This document shows positions 13,101 to 23,899 of a stretch of 64,000 nt of DNA, one piece after another; the first letter of the stretch is position 1, and the number at the start of each line of letters is the position of its first letter. The DNA is from Selaginella moellendorffii (taxonomy: Eukaryota; Plantae; Lycopodiophyta), in NCBI RefSeq assembly GCF_000143415.4, contig NW_003314302.1:1181820-1245819 (forward strand). The letters are read 5' to 3'. The notes under the pieces were generated by a model, which was not told the DNA's origin, searched no databases, and saw only the letters and a program-made list of their open reading frames with translations. The position numbers and the translations under genes are program-made.

Positions 13101-14873
13101 ACGAAACACTTCTTGTCACAGCCCGACCTGAGAGGGAAACAGGGTCGGTGGGCCAATGCCTTGGCCGAGTTTGATTGTGAGATTTTGTACAAGCCCGGGA
13201 AGAGCAACATTGTGGCGGATGTGCTAAGTCGAAAAGCGAGCTTGAGGTTGGCGATATCCAGCATAACAGCAACCTTCTGGGACGATGTGTGGACAGCATA
13301 TAAGAACGATGGTCTAGCACAAGAAGTGTTGCTGAGGAATCTAGAGGCACGGGAAGCTCACCAGAGAGGTGAGCTGCCAACGGAAGAGAAAACGGGCTAT
13401 GCAGAACGCAACGGACTCATCTATTACAAGCAAACGAGGGTGTATGTTCCAGAAGGGGAACTAAGGAAGGTAGCCTTAGAAGAGTGTCATGACGGACCTC
13501 TTGCGGGACACGGCGGAGTGCCCAAGACGATGGGCTTACTCAAGAGGAAGTACCATTGGCCAGATATGGCTAAGGAAGTCCAAGACTATGTAAAGACATG
13601 TCCAACATGTCAGCAGGTCAAAGCCGTGACTAAGGCTAGTGGAGGCTTGTTGCAAAGCATCCCAATTCCAGATCGCCCGTGGAAATGTCTAACAATGGAC
13701 TTCATCACGGGACTCCCCCCAAGCGAGGGGTTTGATGCGATATTCGTGGTGGTGGACCGATTTTCAAAAATGGCACATTTCATACCCACCATAACGGAAG
13801 TGGATGTGGAAGGTGTGGCGAAGCTGTTCTTTGAACAAGTGGTGCGAGTGCGGGGAAGGCTGGAAGAGATCATCTCAGATCGAGATAAGATCTTCACTAG
13901 TAGGTTCTGGAGGACTCTCCTGGAATAGTATCGCACCAAGTTGAAATTCAACACAGCCTATCACCCACAAACAGGTATGGGGTATTAAGTCAAGTTTGGT
14001 GGCACTAACACTTCTTGACAGACGGACAAACGGAAAGGGTGAATAAGCAGCTGGAGGATTATTTGCGATGCTATGTCTCGGGAGACCAAACCGATTGGGT
14101 AAGTCATTTGGGACTTGCGGAAATGTGTTATAACAACTCACCACATTCGAGTATCGAGGTGAGTCTATGGGAAGTCATCAATGGGCGAGCTATTGAAGGT
14201 CCTGTGGAACTCGGCGTGGTCGAGTATCATGGAGAGCTACCCGCAGTGGAGGCATTCACGGCGGAAAGACTCAACATTTGGAATCTAGTGAGGGATTCCT
14301 TGGAACGGGCTCAATAAAGGCAAACCAAGTACGCGAACCAAAAGCGCCGGGATGTAGAGTTCCAAGCTGGGGAGAAGGTGTGGTTGAACACCAAGAACCT
14401 TAGGCTACCAAGTGGGATCAGCCGGAAGTTGACCCAAAGGTAAAAATGCATGTATTCCTGTAAATGAATTGATCTTGAGTTCCTTAAGCAGGTTCGTGGG
14501 GCCTTACGAGATTGAGGCACGAATCGGTAAAGTGGCTTACCGACTCCGACTTCCTCGAGAGATGGGGAAGATGCACCCAGTGTTCCATGTGAACTTACTC
14601 AAGCCGTACTTTGAGGATCCACTTCGCAAGGACCAAGTAAGACCTTTACCTGAGGTTATCCAAGGGGAAGAGGAATACAAAGTCGAGGCCATCCTCAATG
14701 CGCGCAAGAGCAAGCGACAAGGACGTAAGGTGAAAGAGTTCCATGTGAAGTGGAAAGGATTTCCACACTACGAAGCAACATGGGAACCGGAGGAGAACCT
14801 AGCGAATGCGTGAGATCTAGTGGAGGAATTTCTACAAGGCAGAACTCTATGTACTTATGCAAAGTTCAATTAA
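10170..14873 (+). pseudogene. Chromovirus gag-PR-RT-RH-IN-chromodomain polyprotein, copy A (premature stops, two introns in IN)
   Basis: CYNCGEAGHFSREC, D(M)GAS, MCIDYR, YIDD, ASDFALG, HDGPLAGHGG...CPTC, ISDRD, YHPQT|DGQTE, KLTQR|FVGPY, chromodomain YKVEAIL...VKWKG...TWEPEEN. Confidence 0.95.
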
Positions 14874-15275
14874 AAATATCAATTTGCAAAGTTGAGCAAT
14901 GGCATATGTTGGGACCCGAAGGCGCGCCGAAGGTAAGCTAATTAGCATGGGTTGGATAGGTCGACCAGACATAGGGCACTACGCCCGACTCCCCGCGGGG
15001 ATGTCGAATCCGTAGACGTATTTTACGGAGGTTGGGTTCGAGTCCCAACCCCCTAGTAAAGCAAGGCTGGGTTCAAGTCCGGACCCCATACTAGGGCATG
15101 GTGAGATGAGGGGTATAGGGACACTTATATTTCGTTGTCATGGGCTCTTGGCCAGGGAGGCTAACTTAGGCACACCACTAAGTGGGGGGATGCCCCTAGA
15201 GACATGGTCAACAAGTCGTAGGATAAAAAGAGACGTTCGATGTGGGCATCGAACTTCTTCTATGGGTGGTGGAGT

Positions 15276-16421
15276 TGTAAGGAACTGACTCCCCGAGATG
15301 TCGTAGACTAAAGGATCCCCGAAAGCTTGACCGAAATGACAAAGAGTTCATCGGATGTGACCGAGTCGAAGATCGAGTCCAAGACCGACTCTGAGACCGA
15401 GTTCGAGATAGAGTCCGGGAACGAGCCGAGGCCGAATCGGAGACCGAGATTGAGACCGAGTTCGGGACCGAGTTTGAGACGGAGTCCGAGATCCAAATCG
15501 GGTCCAAGACTGAGTCCGAGGTCGAGTCCGAAGTTGAGTCCAAGATCGGGTCCGAGATCGAGTCCGAGATCGAGTCCGAGACCGAATCCGAAGTCGGGTC
15601 CGAGATCGAGTCCGAGATCGAATCTGAGACTAAGTCCAAATACTAATACGGGTCAAGGGGTGAAAGCCCAAAGCATGTGTCTCCTAGGGGGGGGGGGGGC
15701 TGCAGGGGGTTCCAAAAGTATAGTAGGGATAGTGAGGTCTAGGAACCAGTCTTGAAGGAACTCTCCAGTGGTGCTTCCAAACTGACTTGAGGTTGAGACT
15801 GGGGCTGAGGGGCCTTGGGTGGGAGTGAGCATGGGCTTGGGTGGTGCCGGAGGGGCCACCCAGGGAAGTGCTCAAGAGCAGCTCCCACTCCTGAAAGGGA
15901 AACCGACTGCGGTGCTCCCGGCTCATGTGGAGTGGTGCCCCACTTGAGTACTTTGTGGCTCATTAGTCTTCGCCCTTCCTAGGGGCTTGGGCCTTCCCTT
16001 CGGGATGGGGGGTACCCATACCGGGCCATTAGGCGACGGTGTTTCGCCCCGATGCCCCGAAGCAAGTATTGCACCCAAGGCTTGGGATTTAGAGGGTCCC
16101 ATGATCAAGTCTTGCTGTACCAAGGGGTGTTAGGAACCTGGAGGCTTGGTGTGCTTGGCTGCTTGTGCCTGTGGGGAGTGTAGCCGAACCTTAAGTCCAG
16201 TCTAACCCAGGGAGGGGGATTGGGAGAGATTTGGGAATCCGTGGATGGAAGGCTAATGCTCCATTGCTCGTGCAGTGAGTAGTTGAAACCAAGTAGGACC
16301 AAGTAGGAGCTGGTACAATAGGCGAGAACCTTGGCGAGGGAACTTAGCACAAACCAAGGCAGTGTTGGTCGGATAGACGAGGTAAGCTAGCAAATTAGAA
16401 AGGAAAAATTTGTGGCTTACA
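15276..16421 (+). repeat. Chromovirus LTR (~1.15 kb) with a GAGTCC/GAGATC/GAGACC hexamer array
   Basis: TGTAAGGAAC...GGCTTACA, preceded by the PPT-like ATGGGTGGTGGAGT. Homologous to 42525-43682 and 48915-50046. Confidence 0.92.
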
Positions 16422-17674
16422 ATTTGGTATTGGAGCCGTCTTGAGTCTGACTCTGTTGGTTGGCTAAGGGAATCACACCACATGTTGATTGACATCTGGC
16501 TGGTCCAGTTTGCTCCCGCTGGGCTCGACCCGAGGGGTAGGGTGTTAAGAGAGCGGGGCTCTCAAGAGAGCCGTGGCTCTCAGCTTCCGTTCATGAGGGT
16601 GTGAACTTGCAGAGAAGCGTGGTGGATTGTAAGCAACCAAAGGGAACGACTTGAGAGATGATCCATGGGGTTTAAATATAGAGGGAAAGGGCCCATGAAC
16701 AAGAGTGCACCCCCTTTTCCAATCGGTTAAGAGTCTTGGGATATTTGGGGTTAAGTGTCCTTGGGTTTGAATAGTATTGGGCTGGGTGACTTCTCGAGAA
16801 GTCCAAACTCAGGAGCTTACACTTATCTTTCTCTCTTTGGTCCAAACAATGTCTTTTGGCCTTATTACCATCTTCACTCTTCGAATTACAACGAAACAAT
16901 AGTCGTTTCTTCCCCGAAGATGAAGTATTGGTGGGTTGGTCATCATGTTGACCACCTTAAAGACCATCCTTTTGACCAGAGTTAACCAAGTTGACCTACG
17001 GTTTGGGCGAAAAGATTTGAGCCTTAGTGATAGCATCAGTTAATGTTGCTGGAAAATCCTTCTTGACCTTTTATTGCACATCCACTGAGCTCAATCCTTT
17101 AATGAAACATTGCACCTTTAATAGCTCATTATAGGTGCCCGTGAGACTAAAGTAAAGATCATGGAACTTGTGGGCATACGCATTCAAAAACAAAGTCCTC
17201 TGCCGGATCTCTAACAGCTAGTTCACAAGATCAACCTCTTCAAACTTCTTGACAAACGAAGTGCGGAAAACCTTCATCAAATCAGTCCAAAAAGTCGGTT
17301 GTGGATTAGCTTTAATGTAATTCTTCCACCACAAAGAAGCATGACCCATAAGCTTCATCATAAAAAAATCAATATTTACCTTATCTTTACAAAGATTGTG
17401 AGACTAACAACTTTCCCACAATTTCAACCAAGAATCAACCTCCTAGCTATCACAAACATCTGGTGATGATTTCCATTCCATGATACCATAATCCTTGGCA
17501 TGCTTGACGTACCAATGGTAATCACGGACATGAGATTAATTCAACCCTTGAGGGTTCATGCGAAGCAAAAAATCCTTAATGAGATTAATGGAATCCTTAA
17601 CCTCCTTTATGTCGCTTTGAACCGCAGAAATCTGGCATTCTTGCCACACAACGACATCATCAAAAGTCTCTTTT

Positions 17675-17939
17675 TGTAGCGCATGTGGTTTTGACCCTTT
17701 ATCCTATGGTGATTTACCATAGGATAACACCATGAAGCGGAATTTAAACCCTCTTTATGCCACGTGATAGATGCCACATGTCACATACCACATTTCCAAA
17801 AGACAGTGGTGTGGAACCCGAGTTTCAGGGCCTTGGGCCACTAAACGAAGGAATGGTGCCAAACTCCCAAGCATGGAGCCAAAGAGTGACGGAACTGAAC
17901 CACGGAGCAACTCCTAAACATACAGCCCAAGGAGCGAAG
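17675..17939. repeat. Partial LTR of family D, ending at an assembly gap
   Basis: Begins TGTAGCGCA and matches 50235+, 53855+ and 37551+. Confidence 0.8.
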
Positions 17940-20212
17940 NNNNNNNNNNNNNNNNNNNNNNNNNNNNNNNNNNNNNNNNNNNNNNNNNNNNNNNNNNNNN
18001 NNNNNNNNNNNNNNNNNNNNNNNNNNNNNNNNNNNNNNNNNNNNNNNNNNNNNNNNNNNNNNNNNNNNNNNNNNNNNNNNNNNNNNNNNNNNNNNNNNNN
18101 NNNNNNNNNNNNNNNNNNNNNNNNNNNNNNNNNNNNNNNNNNNNNNNNNNNNNNNNNNNNNNNNNNNNNNNNNNNNNNNNNNNNNNNNNNNNNNNNNNNN
18201 NNNNNNNNNNNNNNNNNNNNNNNNNNNNNNNNNNNNNNNNNNNNNNNNNNNNNNNNNNNNNNNNNNNNNNNNNNNNNNNNNNNNNNNNNNNNNNNNNNNN
18301 NNNNNNNNNNNNNNNNNNNNNNNNNNNNNNNNNNNNNNNNNNNNNNNNNNNNNNNNNNNNNNNNNNNNNNNNNNNNNNNNNNNCTTAGTCGTTTTGTGGA
18401 TCATCTTTCTAATCGCACTACACCATTGTGAACATTGTTGAAGTCATCCACGTCATCCTTTATCTAGTCTCCGGATTGTGAGCGGGCATTCGTGGATCTC
18501 AAAGAGTTGTTGACGACTCCACCAGTTTTGGCATATCCTAACTACACTTGACCTTTTATTTTGCGTGTGGATGTTTATGATATTGGTCTTGGAGATGTGT
18601 TGATGCAAGAAAACCTGAGTGTGTCTGGTGAGCACCATCCCATTGCGTATATAAGCCGTACATTGCAACCAGCGGAGGTGAACTACTTCAAGCCAAAGAA
18701 GGGCAAGGTGTATAGTAACTTAGTCGTTTTGTGGATCATCTTTTTAATCGCACTACACCATTGTGAACATTGTTGAAGTCATCCACGTCATCCTTTATCT
18801 AGTCTCTGGATTGTGAGCGGGCATTCGTGGATCTCAAAGAGTTGTTGACGACTCCTCCAATTTTGGCATATCCAAACTACACTTGACCTTTTATTTTGCG
18901 TGTGGATATTTATGATATTGGTCTTGGAGATGTGTTGATGCAAGAAAACCCGAGTGTGTCTGGTGAGCACCATCCCATTGCGTATATAAGCCGTACATTG
19001 CAACCAGCAGAGGTGAACTACTTCAAGACAGAGAAGGGCAAGCTGTAGTAACTTAGTCATTTTGTGGATCATTTTTCTAATCGCACTGCACCATTGTGAA
19101 CATTGTTGAAGTCATCCACGTCATCCTTTATGTAGTCTCCGGATTGTGAGCGGGCATTCGTGGATCTCAAAGAGTTGTTGACGACTCCACCAGTTTTGGC
19201 ATATCCTAACTACACTTGACCTTTTATTTTGCGTGTGGATGTTTATGATATTGGTCTTGGAGATGTGTTGATGCAAGAAAACCCGAGTGTGTCTGGTGAG
19301 CACCATCCCATTACATATATATGCCGTACATTGCAACTAGCAAAGGTGAACTACTTTCAGACAGAGAAGGGCAAGCTGTAGTAACTTAGTCGTTTTGTGG
19401 ATCATCTTTCTGNNNNNNNNNNNNNNNNNNNNNNNNNNNNNNNNNNNNNNNNNNNNNNNNNNNNNNNNNNNNNNNNNNNNNNNNNNNNNNNNNNNNNNNN
19501 NNNNNNNNNNNNNNNNNNNNNNNNNNNNNNNNNNNNNNNNNNNNNNNNNNNNNNNNNNNNNNNNNNNNNNNNNNNNNNNNNNNNNNNNNNNNNNNNNNNN
19601 NNNNNNNNNNNNNNNNNNNNNNNNNNNNNNNNNNNNNNNNNNNNNNNNNNNNNNNNNNNNNNNNNNNNNNNNNNNNNNNNNNNNNNNNNNNNNNNNNNNN
19701 NNNNNNNNNNNNNNNNNNNNNNNNNNNNNNNNNNNNNNNNNNNNNNNNNNNNNNNNNNNNNNNNNNNNNNNNNNNNNNNNNNNNNNNNNNNNNNNNNNNN
19801 NNNNNNNNNNNNNNNNNNNNNNNNNNNNNNNNNNNNNNNNNNNNNNNNNNNNNNNNNNNNNNNNNNNNNNNNNNNNNNNNNNNNNNNNNNNNNNNNNNNN
19901 NNNNNNNNNNNNNNNNNNNNNNNNNNNNNNNNNNNNNNNNNNNNNNNNNNNNNNNNNNNNNNNNNNNNNNNNNNNNNNNNNNNNNNNNNNNNNNNNNNNN
20001 NNNNNNNNNNNNNNNNNNNNNNNNNNNNNNNNNNNNNNNNNNNNNNNNNNNNNNNNNNNNNNNNNNNNNNNNNNNNNNNNNNNNNNNNNNNNNNNNNNNN
20101 NNNNNNNNNNNNNNNNNNNNNNNNNNNNNNNNNNNNNNNNNNNNNNNNNNNNNNNNNNNNNNNNNNNNNNNNNNNNNNNNNNNNNNNNNNNNNNNNNNNN
20201 NNNNNNNNNNNN
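17940..20212. other. Two assembly gaps (17940-18383 and 19413-20212) flanking a ~334-bp tandem triplication of a Gypsy RNaseH fragment
   Basis: N runs. The unit start CTTAGTCGTTTTGTGGATCAT recurs at about 18384, 18719, 19052 and 19386. Confidence 0.85.
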
Positions 20213-21408
20213 GTGGATGTTTTTGATATTGGTATTAGAGATGTATTGATGCAAGAAAGCCCGAGTGTGTTTAGTAAGCACTATCCCATTGCGTATATAA
20301 GCCATACATTACAACCAGGGTAGGTGAACTACTTCAAGACAGAGAAGGGCAAGGTGTAGTATTTTAGTCGTTTTGTGGATTATCTTTCTGATTGCACGGC
20401 ACTGTTGTGAACATTGCTGAAGTCATCAACGTCATCTTTCATCTAGTCTCTGGATATTGATGGTCATTCGTGGATCTAAAAGAGTTGTTGACCACTCTTC
20501 TAGTTTTAGCATATCTTAACTACACTCAACCTTTTTATTTTGCATGTGGATGCTTTTTATAGTGGTCTTGGAGGTGTGTTGATGCATAAAAGCTTGAGTA
20601 TGCTTGGTGAGTGCCATCCCATTATGTATATAAGCCATACATTACAACCAGCGGAGGTGAACTACTCCAGAGAAGGAGTGTTTAGCAATAGTTTAGGGTT
20701 TTAAGAAACTTTATGCATATCTACATAGTTCTCGGACATTATTTGAAGATGTTCATGTTGCCATTACTTCATTATTGAAGTGAAAGAACTTGGTTGGTCG
20801 TACTTCTCGGTGGACTTTGAAACTTCAAATATATGATTTTGATATTGTTCATTGTCTTGGGAGTTCTATGGCTGATGTTGATACCCTTTTTCGAACTCCT
20901 CCATTCTCCACTCTCTTCTCATGTTTCTGACAAGCTTGATTTTCTAGCATCTATAGAGTTTTTAGATGAGGATTCTGTGTTGTCAGTGGTTGCCGTACTT
21001 GAAATTCAGTGTCCACAAGGTGCAGAGCAAGATCTACTTTCTCTTGATGAAGTTTGCGAGGCTCAAAAGACTGAGCCGTGGATTCAAAGGCTTCGAGATG
21101 GGTTTGAGAATCCTACATCACTTGCTGATGATTTGCCATTTTTATATTTATATTCTCAATATCACCTTGAAGACAGCCTTCTTTATTTTGTGGGGATGGA
21201 TACTAATGATCCTTTACAGTTAGTGGTACTTTCCATATTTATTCCACAGTTTCTCCATGCCTACCATGATTCTCTTGTTCTAGGCGGGCATATAGGACAT
21301 CGTTGTATGACCGAGAAGCTGCACAGGTCTTTTTTTGGCTGGAGATGCAACGTGATATTATCCGGTATATGTGTAATTGCGTTTGGTTCCAAGTTTGTAA
21401 TACTCCCC

Positions 21409-22001
21409 TGTAAGCAACCAAAGAGAACGACTTGAGAGACGATCCATGGGGTTCAAATATAGAGGGAAAGGGCCCATGAACAAGAGTGCACCCCCTTTTC
21501 CAATTGGTTAAGGGTCTTGGGATATTTGGGGTTAAGTGTCCTTGGGTTTGAATAGTACTGGGCTGGGTGACCTCCCGGGAAGTCCAAACTCAGGAGCTTA
21601 CATTTGGTATCAGAGCGGTCTCAAGTCCGACTCTGTTGGTTGGCTAAGGGAATCACACCACATGTTGATTGACATCTGGCTGGTCCAGTTTGCTCCCGCT
21701 GGGCTCGACCCAAGGGGTAGGGTGTCAAGAGAGCGGGGCTCTCGGGAGAGCTGCGGCTCTCAGCTTCCGTTCACGAGGGCGTGAACTTGCAGGGAAGCGT
21801 GGTGGATTGTAAGCAACCAAAGGGAACGACTTGAGAGACGATCCATGGGGTTCAAATATAGAGGGAAAGGGCCCATGAACAAGAGTGCACCCCCTTTTCC
21901 AATTGGTTAAGGGTCTTGGGATATTTGGGGTTAAGTGTCCTTGGGTTTGAATAGTACTGGGCTGGGTGACCTCCCGGGAAGTCCAAACTCAGGAGCTTAC
22001 A
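21409..22001 (+). mobile_element. Intact 593-bp TRIM of Cassandra type (5S rRNA-derived LTR segment)
   Basis: LTRs 21409-21602 and 21808-22001 (one mismatch seen). TSD TCCCC. PBS TGGTATCAGAGC (tRNA-iMet). PPT-like GGGAAGCGTGGTGGAT. LTR segment GTTAAGTGTCCTTGGGTTTGAATAGTACTGGGCTGGGTGACCTCCCGGGAAGTCC aligns to 5S rRNA box A/IE/box C. Confidence 0.93.
21531..21585 (+). promoter_or_regulatory. 5S-type RNA Pol III internal control region (A box-IE-C box) in the LTR; further copies at 9981-10035, 16750-16804 and 21930-21984
   Basis: Colinear with plant 5S GTTAAGCGTGCTTGGGCGAGAGTAGTACTAGGATGGGTGACCTCCTGGGAAGTCC (recalled consensus). Confidence 0.85.
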
Positions 22002-23899
22002 TCCCCTTCGTACCGCGAAAGGATGGTTCGAGTCAATTGCAGTTTCCTATCCATTTGAGTTAGTGGTGTTTGATCTTATGGGACCTTGTCCACGATCGAC
22101 TGCTGGCAATGAATATGTTATTATTGCTTCTGATTATTTGACTTGTTGGGTGGAAGTTGGTGCTCTTGCTAATGCCTCTGCAATTGCTGTTGGATATTTC
22201 CTCCTCAATTGAGTGGTGTTCCAACATTCTTGTTTGGAGCGGATTCTTTCGGATAATAGTCCCGTATTTATGGCTGAAGCATTTCATGTTTTGACGTCTC
22301 GGTTGAGGATATGCCATGCTTTCACAAGTGCTTACCATCCACAGTTAGACGGTTTAGTGAAATGGCTCGTTCGGACATTCAAAGGAATGATCACGAAGTA
22401 TATGAACTTTTAGCATTTGGATTTAAATGGTTATTTGCCGTCTCTTCGGTATGCATATGTCATAAGGGTGCAAAGTTCTGTTGGTGCTTCACCATATAAA
22501 CTTCTATATAGTCATAATCTAATATTACCAATGAAGCTGGGTTTACCTTCGCAATTACCACGAACTGCCGATACTAGGTTGTGGGATCAGTATTTGATGA
22601 GCACTCTTCCACATGTTCGAGCAGAGTCTATTAAACACTTAGGCCGCGTACAAGTGGGACAACAATGGCGCTATAGCTCCCATCATCGTCCACCTACAGA
22701 GTACAAAGTGGATAATTTGGTGTTAGTCTATTTTCCCTATCTTACAGTATATGGTTTATCTAAAGGGCTCTTTGCTCAATGGAAAGGACCGTATCGGGTA
22801 TTGCGGCAAGTTGGACCAAAAGTTTATGAGGTTTAACATGATATCCAACAGGCTAATCCTCTAGAAATTGTGCATATGCAGTGGTTGAAACACTTCATAT
22901 AAAGGGATCAGAAACAACCGATACCACCTATAGATCCACTGAGCCTCCTTTTGACGTTCCTCCAAATCCCAGCCCATCTACAAGAGAACTTTGATAGTCT
23001 TCCATTATTCCAAGAGGAGGGGATGATGTGAGGTCCAAGTGTACGGCTATGATGCTGTATATTAATATTAGCGTAGTGGAATTTTGGTAGCCGTCAGATT
23101 GGTTTCAATTTGGACCACTCACTTCTCTATATAAGCTAAGGTTTTTGGGCTAATTGATATGCACATTTTTTGTATTCCCTTTCCATATTTCATGCACTCA
23201 TACAGAATAAAATCATTTAAAATGAATTTTTTCAATGGATTAGCTATGTTAAGAAAAGTAAAATTTGAAGATAGAAGAATTATAATCAAACTTAGAAATT
23301 TGATATGGTTTTCAAATTTTATTATTTCTATTTTAAAGTGTATTTATATAAAATTTATATTATATAATAAAATATATAAATCAGATATAAATCTTTTATT
23401 TCAGAGGAAAAGTTCAAGTTCTTTTCTTTATGTCTAATTTAGGAGAAATATTTAATATTTATATTTTAATGGATGATAACTTCAAAGTTATTTAGAAAAA
23501 CTATATAACATAAATTTATGCTAAAAAAATTTTAAAATAACATATTTATAAATTTTTTTCTTTTCTGTTAAGACAAATAATAAATTAAAATTTATCTTAA
23601 AACATAGTTTTATAATATTTTGTGTAAATATATTTATAATTTATAGAAAATTTAAACACCAAGTAATTTTAATCTTTTTTTTATAATTTATATGAAGTTT
23701 GATTGGTTTAAATCCATGTAACTAGTCATATCATTATGATTTTATCCATTTATATTTTTAATTTAAATGATTTCTTGTGATTATACACTTAGTCAGCACT
23801 TGCAACCATGACTAGTTTATTCTTGAAAGAAGAGAAGATTAGAACTATTAAAATATTAAATAATAAAAAAGAAAAAATGAATTTATGTTGGATACCTTT

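Larger units (their letters stand above)
9859..16821 (+). mobile_element. Composite LTR element: Cassandra-type LTR - PBS - chromovirus gag-pol - chromovirus LTR - PBS - Cassandra internal - Cassandra-type LTR
   Basis: 194-bp LTRs at 9859-10052 and 16628-16821 (TGTAAG...CTTACA). 5-bp TSD CTTAT at 9854-9858 and 16822-16826. Internal chromovirus LTR at 15276-16421. Met-type PBS immediately after 10052 and after 16421. Confidence 0.92.
7575..17670 (-). mobile_element. Old degenerate Ty3/Gypsy (family C), split by the composite insertion at 9859-16821
   Basis: gag remnants at 16827-17600. Joining the flanks across the insertion restores KDK|VEGNCFRCHRAGH*SKDC (zinc knuckle). RNaseH/IN remnants follow (ECHDVPSVGHPG, KLSSRYCGPW) and a minus-strand PPT lies near 7950-7965. 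PR/RT appear deleted. Confidence 0.8.
18384..23150 (+). mobile_element. Degenerate Ty3/Gypsy (family F) RNaseH-integrase remnant hosting the TRIM
   Basis: HPIAYISRTL, YHDSLVLGGHIG, ILSDNSPVF, AYHPQLDG, QWKGPYRV. PPT GAGGAGGGGGATGA followed by TG near 23027. Confidence 0.8.

Noticed and set aside
15030-15050. tRNA gene
   Set aside because: Only a T-arm-like hairpin; no D-arm or complete cloverleaf.
15208-15755. Ser/Glu/Arg-rich ORFs (also 42557-42890 and 48947-49262); CRISPR-like array
   Set aside because: These are translations of LTR hexamer repeats, with no repeat-spacer structure.
17757-20323. Long ORFs across N runs; 334-bp tandem repeat as a novel satellite
   Set aside because: The ORFs are gap artefacts. 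The repeat is RNaseH-derived and gap-flanked, so its copy number may be an assembly issue.
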